DNA of 32,000 nt from Mycolicibacterium smegmatis. GTDB lineage: Bacteria > Actinomycetota > Actinomycetes > Mycobacteriales > Mycobacteriaceae. Every line of letters starts with the position of its first letter. The stretch's first letter is position 1. Below the pieces are notes generated by a model. That model was not told the origin of the DNA, searched no databases, and saw only the letters and a program-made list of their open reading frames with translations. Location of the stretch: contig NZ_LN831039.1 in the NCBI RefSeq assembly GCF_001457595.1, positions 6,900,001 to 6,932,000 of the forward strand, in the 5' to 3' direction. A program made the translations under genes and the position numbers. This document shows, in pieces, positions 7,653-16,676 of the stretch.

Positions 7653-9200
7653 TTGAACCCTCACACACCGCTAACCCGCCGACGGCTACTGACCGCGGCC
7701 GCCGCAGCTGTCCCGTTGCTCGGCATGCCTGCACTACTCGCAGGCTGCGACACCAGCGCCCCTGCCGCCGCAGGGCGGCGAATCCGGGTGTCACAGGCCT
7801 CCGACCCGACCACGCTCGACCCGCAGAAACAAGGGTCGATGACGACGATGAACGTGCTGATCAACATGTTCGACACGCTCACTGCCCGCGACATGAACAA
7901 CCAGCTGGTACCCCGACTTGCGACCCGCTGGACCGCAATCGACGACCACCACTGGCGATTCGTGCTGCGCCGTGGGGTGACCTTCCACAACGGCGAGCGG
8001 TTCGACGCCCAGACGGTCAAATACAGCATCGAACGGTTGCTCGACCCGAAGACGCAGTCGCCGATCGTGGAGTTGCGCTACGTGACCGGTGTCCGGGTGA
8101 TCGACCAATACACCGTCGACTTCGAGCTCAGTAGCCCCGACCCCGTGATCCCGGCCAAGCTCTCACTGTTTGGCGGCGTAATGGTGCCGCCGAAGTATCT
8201 GGCCGACGTCGGCGACGAGAAGTTCGCCGCCGCGCCCGTCGGCACCGGCCCGTTCCGGTTCGACAGCTGGAAGCGCGGCGTCGGCATCAAGATGCGGGCC
8301 TACGACAACCACTGGGCAAGCAGGCCGAGCTACGACGAGCTGGAGATACAGACCATCCAGAATCCCGCTTCGGCCTTGGCTGCGCTGCAGAGCGATGAGG
8401 TGGATCTGGTCACTGGCCTGGTCGCCGACGCCGCGCTACAACTCGAGGGCTACAAGGGCGTGAAGGTCCGTTCCTACCCCGGCCTACGGATGAGCTACCT
8501 CTCACTCGACACCACCGATCCGGTCTTCGCCGACGTCCGGGTGCGTCGGGCGCTCAATCACGCAATGGACGTTCCGCTGTTGGTCAAGGCCGCGCTCAAC
8601 GGGCACGGCCGTGAAGTGCCGACGATGATCCCGCGAGAGTCTTTCGGGTTCGATCCCGCAATCGCGCCGTACCGACGGGACCGCGAACTGGCTCGGCGAC
8701 TCCTGGCCGAGGCCGGGCACCCGCAGGGGCTGTCCACCACGCTCACCGCGTCCAGTACCGACGCGATGACCGCGCAGGCCATCGCGGGCCTGCTCACCAA
8801 GGCCGGCGTTGACACCAAGGTGTCGCTGCTCGACCCGTCGACGTACTCGCAACGGCTGACCAGCGACAACCGCAAGGCGCTCGGCCCGATGTATCTGGCC
8901 GCGAGCACCGGCTGGACGCTCGACGGCTCCAGCCCGATCCAATCGAACGTGCGCACCGGCCGCCGGCAGAGCCGCTGGTCGAACCCGCAGGCCGATCAGC
9001 TCATCGACGCCGAGGAGAACTCGATCCTCCCGGAAGACCGGCAAAAGGCGTTCAGCGCCCTACAGCACCTGTTCAACAAGGAGGCCCCCTTCGTGTTCCT
9101 CTATCAGGCCGACACCATCGTCATCTCCAACGACAAGGTCCGTTGGACGCCCAATGTGATCGGCGACCTGGATCTGCAGAACGCGTCGCGCGATGACTGA
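7653..9200 (+). CDS. ABC transporter substrate-binding protein, dipeptide/oligopeptide (family 5) type; predicted Tat-type lipoprotein
   Basis: TRRRLLTAAAAAVPLLGMPALLAGC signal and lipobox, then RVSQASDPTTLDPQKQ...RHWRFVLRRGVTFHNGERFDAQTVKYSIERLLDP. TTG at 7653 has GAAGGG 8 nt upstream. The longer ORF starts at 7554. Confidence 0.92.
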   Translation: MNPHTPLTRRRLLTAAAAAVPLLGMPALLAGCDTSAPAAAGRRIRVSQASDPTTLDPQKQGSMTTMNVLINMFDTLTARDMNNQLVPRLATRWTAIDDHHWRFVLRRGVTFHNGERFDAQTVKYSIERLLDPKTQSPIVELRYVTGVRVIDQYTVDFELSSPDPVIPAKLSLFGGVMVPPKYLADVGDEKFAAAPVGTGPFRFDSWKRGVGIKMRAYDNHWASRPSYDELEIQTIQNPASALAALQSDEVDLVTGLVADAALQLEGYKGVKVRSYPGLRMSYLSLDTTDPVFADVRVRRALNHAMDVPLLVKAALNGHGREVPTMIPRESFGFDPAIAPYRRDRELARRLLAEAGHPQGLSTTLTASSTDAMTAQAIAGLLTKAGVDTKVSLLDPSTYSQRLTSDNRKALGPMYLAASTGWTLDGSSPIQSNVRTGRRQSRWSNPQADQLIDAEENSILPEDRQKAFSALQHLFNKEAPFVFLYQADTIVISNDKVRWTPNVIGDLDLQNASRDD

Positions 9201-10191
9201 CCTGTTGGCCGGCCCGGCCCCGATCCGCGCCGCCGCGCAGCGCCACCCCGGCGGCACCCGAGCCTTGAACATGGGCCGCGTAGTCCTCGGCAAGGTCGCC
9301 TCCGCCCTGATCGTGCTGTTCGTCGTCGCGACCGTCGCGTTCCTGCTGGTCCGGATGTCCGGTGATCCACTGGCGCTACTGCTCCCCCCAGACGCGACCC
9401 AGCAACAGGCCGAGCAGCTGGCCGCCGAACTAGGCCTGGACCAGCCGCTGCTCGTCCAGTACCTGCATTACCTCAGCGGCATGCTGCACGGCGACCTCGG
9501 TCAGTCGATCTTCTTCGACCAGCCCGTCGTGTCGCTGATTGGCGAACGGCTGCCGGCCACTGCGCTGCTCGCCGTCGCGGCGCTCGTCCTCTCGCTGGTG
9601 ATCTCCTTACCCGCCGGCATCCTGGCCAGCGCCCATCGCGGACGGATCACCGACACGGTGATCAGCGGCATCGTGTTGATCGGCCAGTCCACGCCGGCGT
9701 TCTGGATCGGCATCCTGTTCATCCTGCTGTTCGCTGTCCGGCTGCGCGTCCTGCCCGCGGCAGGCTACGGCGGGGCCGCGCATCTGGTGCTGCCTGCCAT
9801 CACGCTGGCCATCTACTCGATCGCCGTAGTGGCCCGAGTGTTGCGCACCTCGCTGGCCGAGGAGCTGTCGGCCGACTACATCCGCACTGCGACGGCCAAG
9901 GGGCTCAGCCGCAGGCAGGTCGTTGTCGGCCACGGGCTGCGCAACGCGTCTCTGCCAGTGGTCACCGTGGTCGGTCTGGAGCTCGGCTCGCTACTCGGCG
10001 GCGCGATCCTGACCGAGCAGGTTTTCTCCTGGCCGGGGATTGGCCGACTCACTGTCGAGGCGATCTCCAATCGCGATTTCGCCCTGGTTCAGGGCGCCGT
10101 GCTGTTCTTCGCGCTGGTGTTCGTCGTCGTCAACCTCCTGGTCGACCTGTCCTACACGTTGCTCGACCCGAGAGTGAGGCTCGGCCGATGA
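9193..10191 (+). CDS. ABC transporter permease (DppB/OppB-like)
   Basis: 332 aa. LLVRMSGDPLALLLPPDAT...GHGLRNASLPVVTVVGLELGSLLGGAILTEQVFSWPGIGRL signature. Confidence 0.93.
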   Translation: MTDLLAGPAPIRAAAQRHPGGTRALNMGRVVLGKVASALIVLFVVATVAFLLVRMSGDPLALLLPPDATQQQAEQLAAELGLDQPLLVQYLHYLSGMLHGDLGQSIFFDQPVVSLIGERLPATALLAVAALVLSLVISLPAGILASAHRGRITDTVISGIVLIGQSTPAFWIGILFILLFAVRLRVLPAAGYGGAAHLVLPAITLAIYSIAVVARVLRTSLAEELSADYIRTATAKGLSRRQVVVGHGLRNASLPVVTVVGLELGSLLGGAILTEQVFSWPGIGRLTVEAISNRDFALVQGAVLFFALVFVVVNLLVDLSYTLLDPRVRLGR

Positions 10192-11015
10192 TGCATCGCG
10201 TCCTAAAGGCACGGATGGCGCCGCTTGCTCTGGTCGTGCTCGCCCTGGTGGTGCTGTGCGCGGTGCTCGCGCCTGTGCTGTCACCGTTTGATCCCAACGC
10301 GCAGGATCTTCTGACCCGGCTGAGTCCGCCGCAATGGACCGGCGGGCACCTGCTCGGCACCGACAACCTCGGCCGCGACGTGCTGAGCCGGCTGATCTAC
10401 GGAGCCCGGATCTCGCTGTTCGTCGGCCTGGCCGTCGCGCTGATCTCCGGCACCATCGGTGCCCTTGTCGGCATCGTCGCGGGATACCGCGGCGGCTGGG
10501 CCGACCGGGTGTTGATGCGGTTGGCCGATGTGCAGCTCGCGTTCCCCGCGATCCTGTTGGCACTGGCCGTGGTTGCGTTCCTCGGCAACGGCCTGTGGGT
10601 GGTGATCATCGTGCTCGGAGTCACCAACTGGGTGTCCTACGCCCGGGTGGCGCGCTCAAGCGTGCTTTCACTACGCGAACGCGACTATGTGCTGGAGGCC
10701 CGCGCGATCGGGGTCGGCCCGGCCACAATCATGCGCAGACATCTGCTGCCCAACGTGCTCGCGTCGCTGATCACCATCGCAGCTCTGAACGTCGCCTCGG
10801 CGATCGTTGTCGAGTCGGCGTTGAGCTTCCTCGGGTTGGGCGTCCCGGCCGACATCCCCACCTGGGGCTCGATGCTGGCCGACGGGCAGCTCTACCTCGG
10901 GACCTCGTGGTGGATCGCGGTGTTCCCCGGGTTGGCTCTGATGCTGACCGCGCTGTCCATCAACATCACAGGCGACGCGATCCGCGACGCCGTCGACCCG
11001 AGGACATACCGCTGA
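10188..11015 (+). CDS. ABC transporter permease (DppC/OppC-like)
   Basis: 275 aa. HLLGTDNLGRDVLSRLIYGARISL and ARAIGVGPATIMRRHLLPNVLASL EAA motif region. Confidence 0.93.
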   Translation: MMHRVLKARMAPLALVVLALVVLCAVLAPVLSPFDPNAQDLLTRLSPPQWTGGHLLGTDNLGRDVLSRLIYGARISLFVGLAVALISGTIGALVGIVAGYRGGWADRVLMRLADVQLAFPAILLALAVVAFLGNGLWVVIIVLGVTNWVSYARVARSSVLSLRERDYVLEARAIGVGPATIMRRHLLPNVLASLITIAALNVASAIVVESALSFLGLGVPADIPTWGSMLADGQLYLGTSWWIAVFPGLALMLTALSINITGDAIRDAVDPRTYR

Positions 11016-11824
11016 TGGGCGCACCGATCCTGACCGTGGACGACCTTCGCGTCGACTTCGAATTGCCTGGCCGCACCGTGCACGCCGTGCGCGGCGTGTC
11101 GTTCGAGGTGCGGGCCGGCCGGACGCTGGCGATCGTCGGCGAATCCGGCAGCGGCAAGTCCGCCACCGCGAGCAGCGTGCTGCGATTGAACCCCGAACCG
11201 CCCGCCCGCTACCCTTCGGGGCTGATCTCCTATCAAGGCCGGGACGTGCTGCGGCTGTCCCAAAAGGAGCTGCGCAGCATCCGCGGCGACGAGATCGCGA
11301 TGGTCTTCCAGGACCCGATGTCCAGCCTTAACCCGGTGCGCCGCATTGGCGCCCAGATCGCCGAGGTGCTGTGCCGGCACCGCGGCGGCCGCGCGGCCCG
11401 CTACCACGCAGACGTGGTGGCCGCGTTGGAGGCGGCAGGAATCGACGACCCCCAGCGCCGCGCGGCGCAGTATCCGCACGAGCTCTCCGGGGGCCTGCGA
11501 CAGCGGGCCATGATTGCGATGGCCCTGGTCGCCGGCCCGCGGCTGCTGATCGCCGACGAGCCCACGACTGCGCTGGACGTCACCGTGCAGGCTCAGATCC
11601 TCGACGTGTTGGCCGGCCTGCAACAGGACAGGCAGATGGCGCTTTTGTTGATCACCCACGACCTCGGCGTGGTTGCCAACATGGCCGACGACGTCCTCGT
11701 GATGCGGGCCGGCGAGGTGGTTGAGCACGGCGACGTCTTGTCGATCCTGACCAGCCCCAAACACCCGTACACACGGCAGCTACTGGCGGCCACCCCCCGA
11801 CTTCGTGAGGAGAGTCCAGCATGA
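11015..11824 (+). CDS. ABC transporter ATP-binding protein (DppD/OppD-like)
   Basis: In-frame ATG at 11015 within ORF 10334..11824: MGAPILTVDDLRVDFELPGRTVHAVRGVSFEV, Walker A GESGSGKS, signature LSGGLRQR, Walker B LLIADEPTTALD. Confidence 0.93.
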   Translation: MGAPILTVDDLRVDFELPGRTVHAVRGVSFEVRAGRTLAIVGESGSGKSATASSVLRLNPEPPARYPSGLISYQGRDVLRLSQKELRSIRGDEIAMVFQDPMSSLNPVRRIGAQIAEVLCRHRGGRAARYHADVVAALEAAGIDDPQRRAAQYPHELSGGLRQRAMIAMALVAGPRLLIADEPTTALDVTVQAQILDVLAGLQQDRQMALLLITHDLGVVANMADDVLVMRAGEVVEHGDVLSILTSPKHPYTRQLLAATPRLREESPA

Positions 11825-12654
11825 GCGAATCACGAGTGCTGCTGCGCACCGTCGAACTGCGCAAGGAATTTCCGATCCGCGGTCGCGCGCCGATGGTCGC
11901 CGTCGACAACGTCTCGCTGCAGCTGCAGGCCGGTGAGACGTTGGGGGTGGTCGGCGAATCGGGCTCCGGCAAGACCACCCTGGCCCGGATGATGCTCGGC
12001 TTGCTGGAGCCGACGTCCGGTCGGGTCGAGGTGAACGGCCGCGACCTGGCCACACTGCCCTCCGCCGAGCTGCGCGCGCTACGCCGCGACCTGCAGGTGG
12101 TGCTGCAGGACCCGTTCTCGAGCATGAATCCGCGGATGCGCGTCGTCGACATCGTCGCCGAACCGTTGGTCACCCACGAGCCACGGCTGCGGGGTCGACC
12201 CGGACGCACCGATCGCGAGCAGCAGGTCGCTGAGCTGCTCACGGCCGTCGGGCTGGACGCCGACATCGCCTCCCGCTATCCGCACGAATTCTCCGGCGGT
12301 CAGCGCCAACGCATTTCTATCGCGCGGGCGCTGGCGCTGCGGCCGGAGGTGATCGTGCTCGACGAGCCGACCAGCGCGCTGGACGTCTCTGTGCAGGCTC
12401 AGGTGCTCGACCTGCTGTCGGCCCTACAGGCCGAGTTCCACCTCAGCTACGTGTTCGTCTCGCACAACTTGGCGGTGGTGCGCAAGCTCGCCGACCGGGT
12501 GGCGGTCATGCGGTACGGCAAGGTGGTCGAGTTCGGTCCGGTCGCAACAGTTTTCGACCATCCGTCCGACCCCTACACGCAGGCGCTGCTGGATGCGGTA
12601 CTCGAACCCGATCCGCGCCGCACGCGCCGGCGCCGCACGGTGGACGTGGCGTGA
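11821..12654 (+). CDS. ABC transporter ATP-binding protein (DppF/OppF-like)
   Basis: 277 aa. Walker A GESGSGKT, FSGGQRQR, VIVLDEPTSALD, C-terminal YTQALLDAVLEPDP. Confidence 0.93.
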   Translation: MSESRVLLRTVELRKEFPIRGRAPMVAVDNVSLQLQAGETLGVVGESGSGKTTLARMMLGLLEPTSGRVEVNGRDLATLPSAELRALRRDLQVVLQDPFSSMNPRMRVVDIVAEPLVTHEPRLRGRPGRTDREQQVAELLTAVGLDADIASRYPHEFSGGQRQRISIARALALRPEVIVLDEPTSALDVSVQAQVLDLLSALQAEFHLSYVFVSHNLAVVRKLADRVAVMRYGKVVEFGPVATVFDHPSDPYTQALLDAVLEPDPRRTRRRRTVDVA

Positions 12655-12662
12655 CGGCGTCC

Positions 12663-13625
12663 CTACTGGCCCGACAACCGGGACAGCACCAGACCCGCGC
12701 CGCCCAGCAGCGCGACGTCGTCGGCCGCGGTATCGGCGGCCACCACGCGAGGTCGTTCGGCGAAGTCGGCCCACTCGCTGACCGCCCGCAGCCGTTCCTC
12801 GATGCGGCCCAGGAACGTGCCGCCGCCGGCGGCCGCGTCACCGTGCACGATGTAGAGCCCCGGCGCGAGCAGGTGCTGCACCGACGACAGTCCGACCGCG
12901 AGGTTGTCGGCGTAATCGGTCATCAGCCGTCGGGCGCCGGTGTCCCCGCGGGCCGCGGCGATCAGGTCACCGACCCCGTCGATCGGGCCCAGGCCGCGCG
13001 TGGCCGCCTCCTGCCGCAGCCACGTCGATGTTGCGATTGTCTTCCAGCAGCCGAGATTGCCACACGAGCATCGACGGCCGCCGAGCGCGACGGTGATGTG
13101 CGCGCCGCTGCGCCCGCCGAGCGGCGCGATCACCTTGCCCTCGAACAAGATTCCCAAGCCGAGCGTGTCCCCGGTGGCGACCGATGCGAACGACGCCCGG
13201 CCGATACCGTGCCCGAACCAGCGGTCGCCCAGCACCTGCAGCCGCGCGCGGTGGTCGACGAACACCGGGCAACCCAGCAGCCGGGTAAGCGAGGCCGCAA
13301 TCGGGTAACCACTGAACCCCGGCTGGTCGTCGATGCGGCGGAGCACTCCGGTTGTGTGGTCGACCAGACCGGCACTGGCGACGCCGACCCCGCACAGCGG
13401 ACTGTCCTGAAGACAGCCAAACACGGTGTCCTGCACCGTCTCCCGCAGCACCGCTGCATCACCGGTTACAGGGAACTCCTTCTCGGCGCGCCGCACGATC
13501 TGACCGGCGGGGCTCACCAACGCCACCCGCACCGACCTGGCGAGCAGTTCGACACTGCCGATCAGTGCTTCGGGCCCGATCGCCTGCAGGTGCCGCCCGG
13601 CGCTGGCGCCCACGATGTCGGTCAT
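12663..13625 (-). CDS. ROK family protein, apparently lacking canonical kinase residues
   Basis: Internal start MTDIVGASAGRHLQ at 13625. GVGVASAGLVDHTTGVLRRIDDQPGF and the zinc-type motif CSCGNLGCW are typical of ROK. The DxGGT and ENDAN motifs are not recognisable (see findings). Confidence 0.85.
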   Translation of the reverse strand: MTDIVGASAGRHLQAIGPEALIGSVELLARSVRVALVSPAGQIVRRAEKEFPVTGDAAVLRETVQDTVFGCLQDSPLCGVGVASAGLVDHTTGVLRRIDDQPGFSGYPIAASLTRLLGCPVFVDHRARLQVLGDRWFGHGIGRASFASVATGDTLGLGILFEGKVIAPLGGRSGAHITVALGGRRCSCGNLGCWKTIATSTWLRQEAATRGLGPIDGVGDLIAAARGDTGARRLMTDYADNLAVGLSSVQHLLAPGLYIVHGDAAAGGGTFLGRIEERLRAVSEWADFAERPRVVAADTAADDVALLGGAGLVLSRLSGQ

Positions 13626-13657
13626 CGCTTCATCCTGCCTGAAGAGAGGTCCCCCGA

Positions 13658-14482
13658 ATGACCGTGCGGCAACTTGCATCTCTGACCCGCGGGGCCGTTC
13701 GCACGCTGGCCACCGACGGAGCCGTGGCCGTACTGCCGATCGGTGCGGTGGAGCAACACGGCGACCACCTGCCACTGGGCACCGACTTCCTGCTGGTAGA
13801 GGCGGTCTGCGACCGCGCCTTGCAGCAACTGGAGGACGACCGCACGACCTGGGTGCGAGTCCCCACGATGACGTTCGGACACAGCCCACACCACCTGTTC
13901 GCGGCCGCCGTGAGCCTGCAGGCCGGCACCCTGACCGACGTGCTGGCCGACGTGCTCGACTCATTGGCGCAGACCGGGTTCCGGCGGATCGTCATCGTCA
14001 ACGGGCACGGCGGCAACGACGAGCTTGTCCGACTGGCGGTGAAGGCACACTCCCTGCACGCCGAGGGGACCGCGGCGGCCTGCTCCTACTGGACACTGAC
14101 CGCCCAGACCACCGCCGAGGCCGCAGCCACCGAGCGGCCCGACCGCACCCCCGGGCACGCGGGCTGGTTCGAGACGTCGTTGATGCTCGCAGTTCACCCC
14201 GAACTCGTCGCCGACGACCGACCGTTCACACCGTCCGACCCACCACCGCTGTTCAACCGCAGCCCGGCCCCCGGCCTCACCGTCGAGCGGCACGGCGAGT
14301 GGCCGCGCGTCGGCGGCACCACCGATGACGCGCGCGAGGCGAGTGCGGAGACCGGCCGGCTGCTGCTCGGCCGCCGCGTCGCCGGCCTCGTCGCCGCACT
14401 GCAGAGCCTCGACCGGGCCACCGCCACACCCCCAGCTGCTTCCGTCCCGTCCACCGACCGCGAAAGAGGTCCCCAGGCATGA
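13658..14482 (+). CDS. Creatininase family protein (metal-dependent amidohydrolase)
   Basis: 274 aa. VLPIGAVEQHGDHLPLGTDFLLVEAV, MTFGHSPHH, IVNGHGGND. Confidence 0.92.
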   Translation: MTVRQLASLTRGAVRTLATDGAVAVLPIGAVEQHGDHLPLGTDFLLVEAVCDRALQQLEDDRTTWVRVPTMTFGHSPHHLFAAAVSLQAGTLTDVLADVLDSLAQTGFRRIVIVNGHGGNDELVRLAVKAHSLHAEGTAAACSYWTLTAQTTAEAAATERPDRTPGHAGWFETSLMLAVHPELVADDRPFTPSDPPPLFNRSPAPGLTVERHGEWPRVGGTTDDAREASAETGRLLLGRRVAGLVAALQSLDRATATPPAASVPSTDRERGPQA

Positions 14483-15606
14483 TCATCACCGGCGTCGACG
14501 TCCACGTCGTCAACCTGCCGCTGACCAGCCCGTTCCGCAGCTCCTTCGAGACCAAGACCGGCGAGACCCGCACCGTCGTCCGCGTCACCACCGACGACGG
14601 TCACGTCGGCTGGGGCGAGACCATGTGGGGTTCTCCGGTGGCCCGGCTCACCGAGCAGCTCTCCTCCTCTCTGATCGGCAAGAGCCCGTTCGCGCTCGAG
14701 GAGTTCCACGCCACCCACACGATGGTGCCGTTCTTCTACGGTTACATCGGCTACGCCGCGCTCGCCGGTCTCGACGTCGCCTGCTGGGACCTGATGGGCA
14801 AGATCACCGGCCGCCCGCTGACCGACCTGATCGGTGGCCGCGTCCGCGACACCGTGCCGATCACCGCGCTGATCACCCGCGCCGACGCACCGGACGCTCC
14901 GCCCGCCGACCTGCCTGTGGCGTTGGCCGAGCACGCCGCGAAGGTCGTCGCCATCGGCGGCTTCACGGCGGTCAAACTCAAGGGCACCAAGGACGTCGAC
15001 GGCGACGTGAAGATCATGCGGGCACTGCGGGCAGTGCTGCCGGACGTGGAACTGCGTGTCGACCCCAACGCCGCGTGGAGCGTGCCCGAGTCGATCCGGG
15101 CCGGGCTGCGTATGGAGGAGCTCGACCTGGAGTACCTCGAGGACCCGTGCTGGGGGATTGACGGGATGGCCCGAGTGCGAGAGAAGATCCGGATCCCGTT
15201 GTGCACCAACATGTGTGTGGTCACGTTCGAGGACTTCGCACCGGCGATGCGACTCCGTGCGGTCGACGTCATCCACGGCGACGTCTACAAGTGGGGCGGC
15301 ATCAAGGCCACCAAGGACCTGGCCGCGCACTGCTCGACGTTCGGGTTGGGCATGAACCTGCACAGTGGCGGCGAGCTGGGCATCGCAACCGCCGCACACC
15401 TGGCCGTGGTCGCCTCCACACCCGTGCTGAACCGGGCCATCGACAGCATGTACTACCTGCACGACGACGACATCATCGATCCGATTCCACTGCATAACGG
15501 GCGGCTCTCGGTGCCCGACGGCCCCGGCCTCGGCGTGGTCGTGGATGAGGACAAGCTCGCCCACTATGCCGCGCTCAACGCGCGCGAAGGCGACCTGGTC
15601 AAGTGA
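14479..15606 (+). CDS. Enolase superfamily (mandelate racemase/muconate lactonizing enzyme family) protein
   Basis: 375 aa. TAVKLKG, LRVDPNAAW, LEYLEDPCWG, CTNMCVVTFEDF, HGDVYKWGG and FGLGMNLHSGGELGIATAAHLA motifs. Confidence 0.92.
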   Translation: MIITGVDVHVVNLPLTSPFRSSFETKTGETRTVVRVTTDDGHVGWGETMWGSPVARLTEQLSSSLIGKSPFALEEFHATHTMVPFFYGYIGYAALAGLDVACWDLMGKITGRPLTDLIGGRVRDTVPITALITRADAPDAPPADLPVALAEHAAKVVAIGGFTAVKLKGTKDVDGDVKIMRALRAVLPDVELRVDPNAAWSVPESIRAGLRMEELDLEYLEDPCWGIDGMARVREKIRIPLCTNMCVVTFEDFAPAMRLRAVDVIHGDVYKWGGIKATKDLAAHCSTFGLGMNLHSGGELGIATAAHLAVVASTPVLNRAIDSMYYLHDDDIIDPIPLHNGRLSVPDGPGLGVVVDEDKLAHYAALNAREGDLVK

Positions 15607-16652
15607 CGTCGACGATCGAGGAGTTGCTCACCGCAGCTCGTCGACGCCGCGTCTTCTCTGCCGCCGGCTGGTCGGTCGGCACCGCCACGACAACCCTGTG
15701 CCGGGGCCTCCTCGGCACGACAGCCTGGGATCCACCGGCTACCGCGGTGACCGAGGACAGCCGGTGGGACCTCGCTTCAATGACCAAACCGATCGTCGCG
15801 ATCGCGGTGATGTCACTCATCGAGGACGGCGTGCTGACACTCGACGACACCATCGCCGAGCACCTGCCGGACTACGCGGACACCGACAAGGCCCGTATCA
15901 GGGTCGCGAACCTGCTCACCCACACCTCCGGCATCCCAGGCCGGCAGCCGCTCTACCAGTGGAACCGAACCCGCGACGAGCTGCTCACCGCGATCCGCCG
16001 GCTACCGCTGCTGGGTCCGCCGGGAGCGCAGGTCTCCTACAGCTCACCGGGCTTCATCCTGCTCGGACTGATTGCGGAATCCGCCGCCGGGATGCCGCTC
16101 GACCAGCTGGTGGCCGAACGGGTCACCCGGCCCGCGGGCATGGTGGACGCCGGATTCGCCTCGCCACCAACCGAACTCGCCGTCGCAACCGAAGACGATC
16201 CGTGGCGCGGCCACCTGGTCCGCGGTGAGGTGCACGACGAGAACGCGGTGGTGCTCGGTGCGCCGGCCGGCCACGCCGGCATGTTCGCGACATTGGTGGA
16301 CATGGAAGCACTCGGGCGGACACTGTGCGCGCAAGGATGGGGCGCCCACGGCCGAGTGCTGACGCCGGCCGGGTACGCCGCGATGATCACGCCACGCACC
16401 GACCACCTGCCGCTGCGGCGCACGCTGGGCTGGCAAGGTGTCGATGCCGTCGACGCGATAGCGGGCGACCTGATAGGCCCGGACGGCTACGGCCACACAG
16501 GATTCACCGGGACGTCGCTCTGGATCGACCCGGACCGCGGCAGCTACGTCGTGCTGCTCACCAACCGCATCCACCCCAACCGAGAGAACACGGCGATCAG
16601 CCGGGTCCGCCGGGCGGTGAACAACATTGGCTTCGCACTGGCGAGCCTCTGA
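15603..16652 (+). CDS. Serine hydrolase, beta-lactamase class C / EstB-like family
   Basis: 349 aa. SMTK (SxxK), LLTHTSGIPG, YSSPGF, GHTGFTGTSLWIDP. Confidence 0.9.
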   Translation: MTSTIEELLTAARRRRVFSAAGWSVGTATTTLCRGLLGTTAWDPPATAVTEDSRWDLASMTKPIVAIAVMSLIEDGVLTLDDTIAEHLPDYADTDKARIRVANLLTHTSGIPGRQPLYQWNRTRDELLTAIRRLPLLGPPGAQVSYSSPGFILLGLIAESAAGMPLDQLVAERVTRPAGMVDAGFASPPTELAVATEDDPWRGHLVRGEVHDENAVVLGAPAGHAGMFATLVDMEALGRTLCAQGWGAHGRVLTPAGYAAMITPRTDHLPLRRTLGWQGVDAVDAIAGDLIGPDGYGHTGFTGTSLWIDPDRGSYVVLLTNRIHPNRENTAISRVRRAVNNIGFALASL

Positions 16653-16676
16653 CGTCGGCCACCTGACCGCGCCCGG

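Noticed and set aside
10334-11014. 227-aa N-terminal extension of the OppD-like ORF
   Set aside because: It overlaps the OppC-like gene entirely and is Arg/Pro-rich. ATG 11015 gives a normal OppD N-terminus and TGATG coupling.
13628-13644. CTTCA-N7-TGAAG repeat in the ROK/creatininase spacer, considered as a second IclR operator
   Set aside because: Arms are only 5 bp and do not match the GTTTC/GAAAC motif of the main promoter. It may only reflect the divergent ribosome-binding sites.
12657-13661. 334-336 aa plus-strand ORFs through the ROK gene, considered as an alternative explanation for the strand switch
   Set aside because: The minus-strand ROK reading has clear family motifs (SAGLVD, CSCGNLGC), so the opposite frames (for example 12651..13661) are shadows.
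14194-15564. 456-aa minus-strand ORF opposite the creatininase and enolase-superfamily genes
   Set aside because: Antisense shadow with compositional bias. Both sense genes have intact catalytic motifs.
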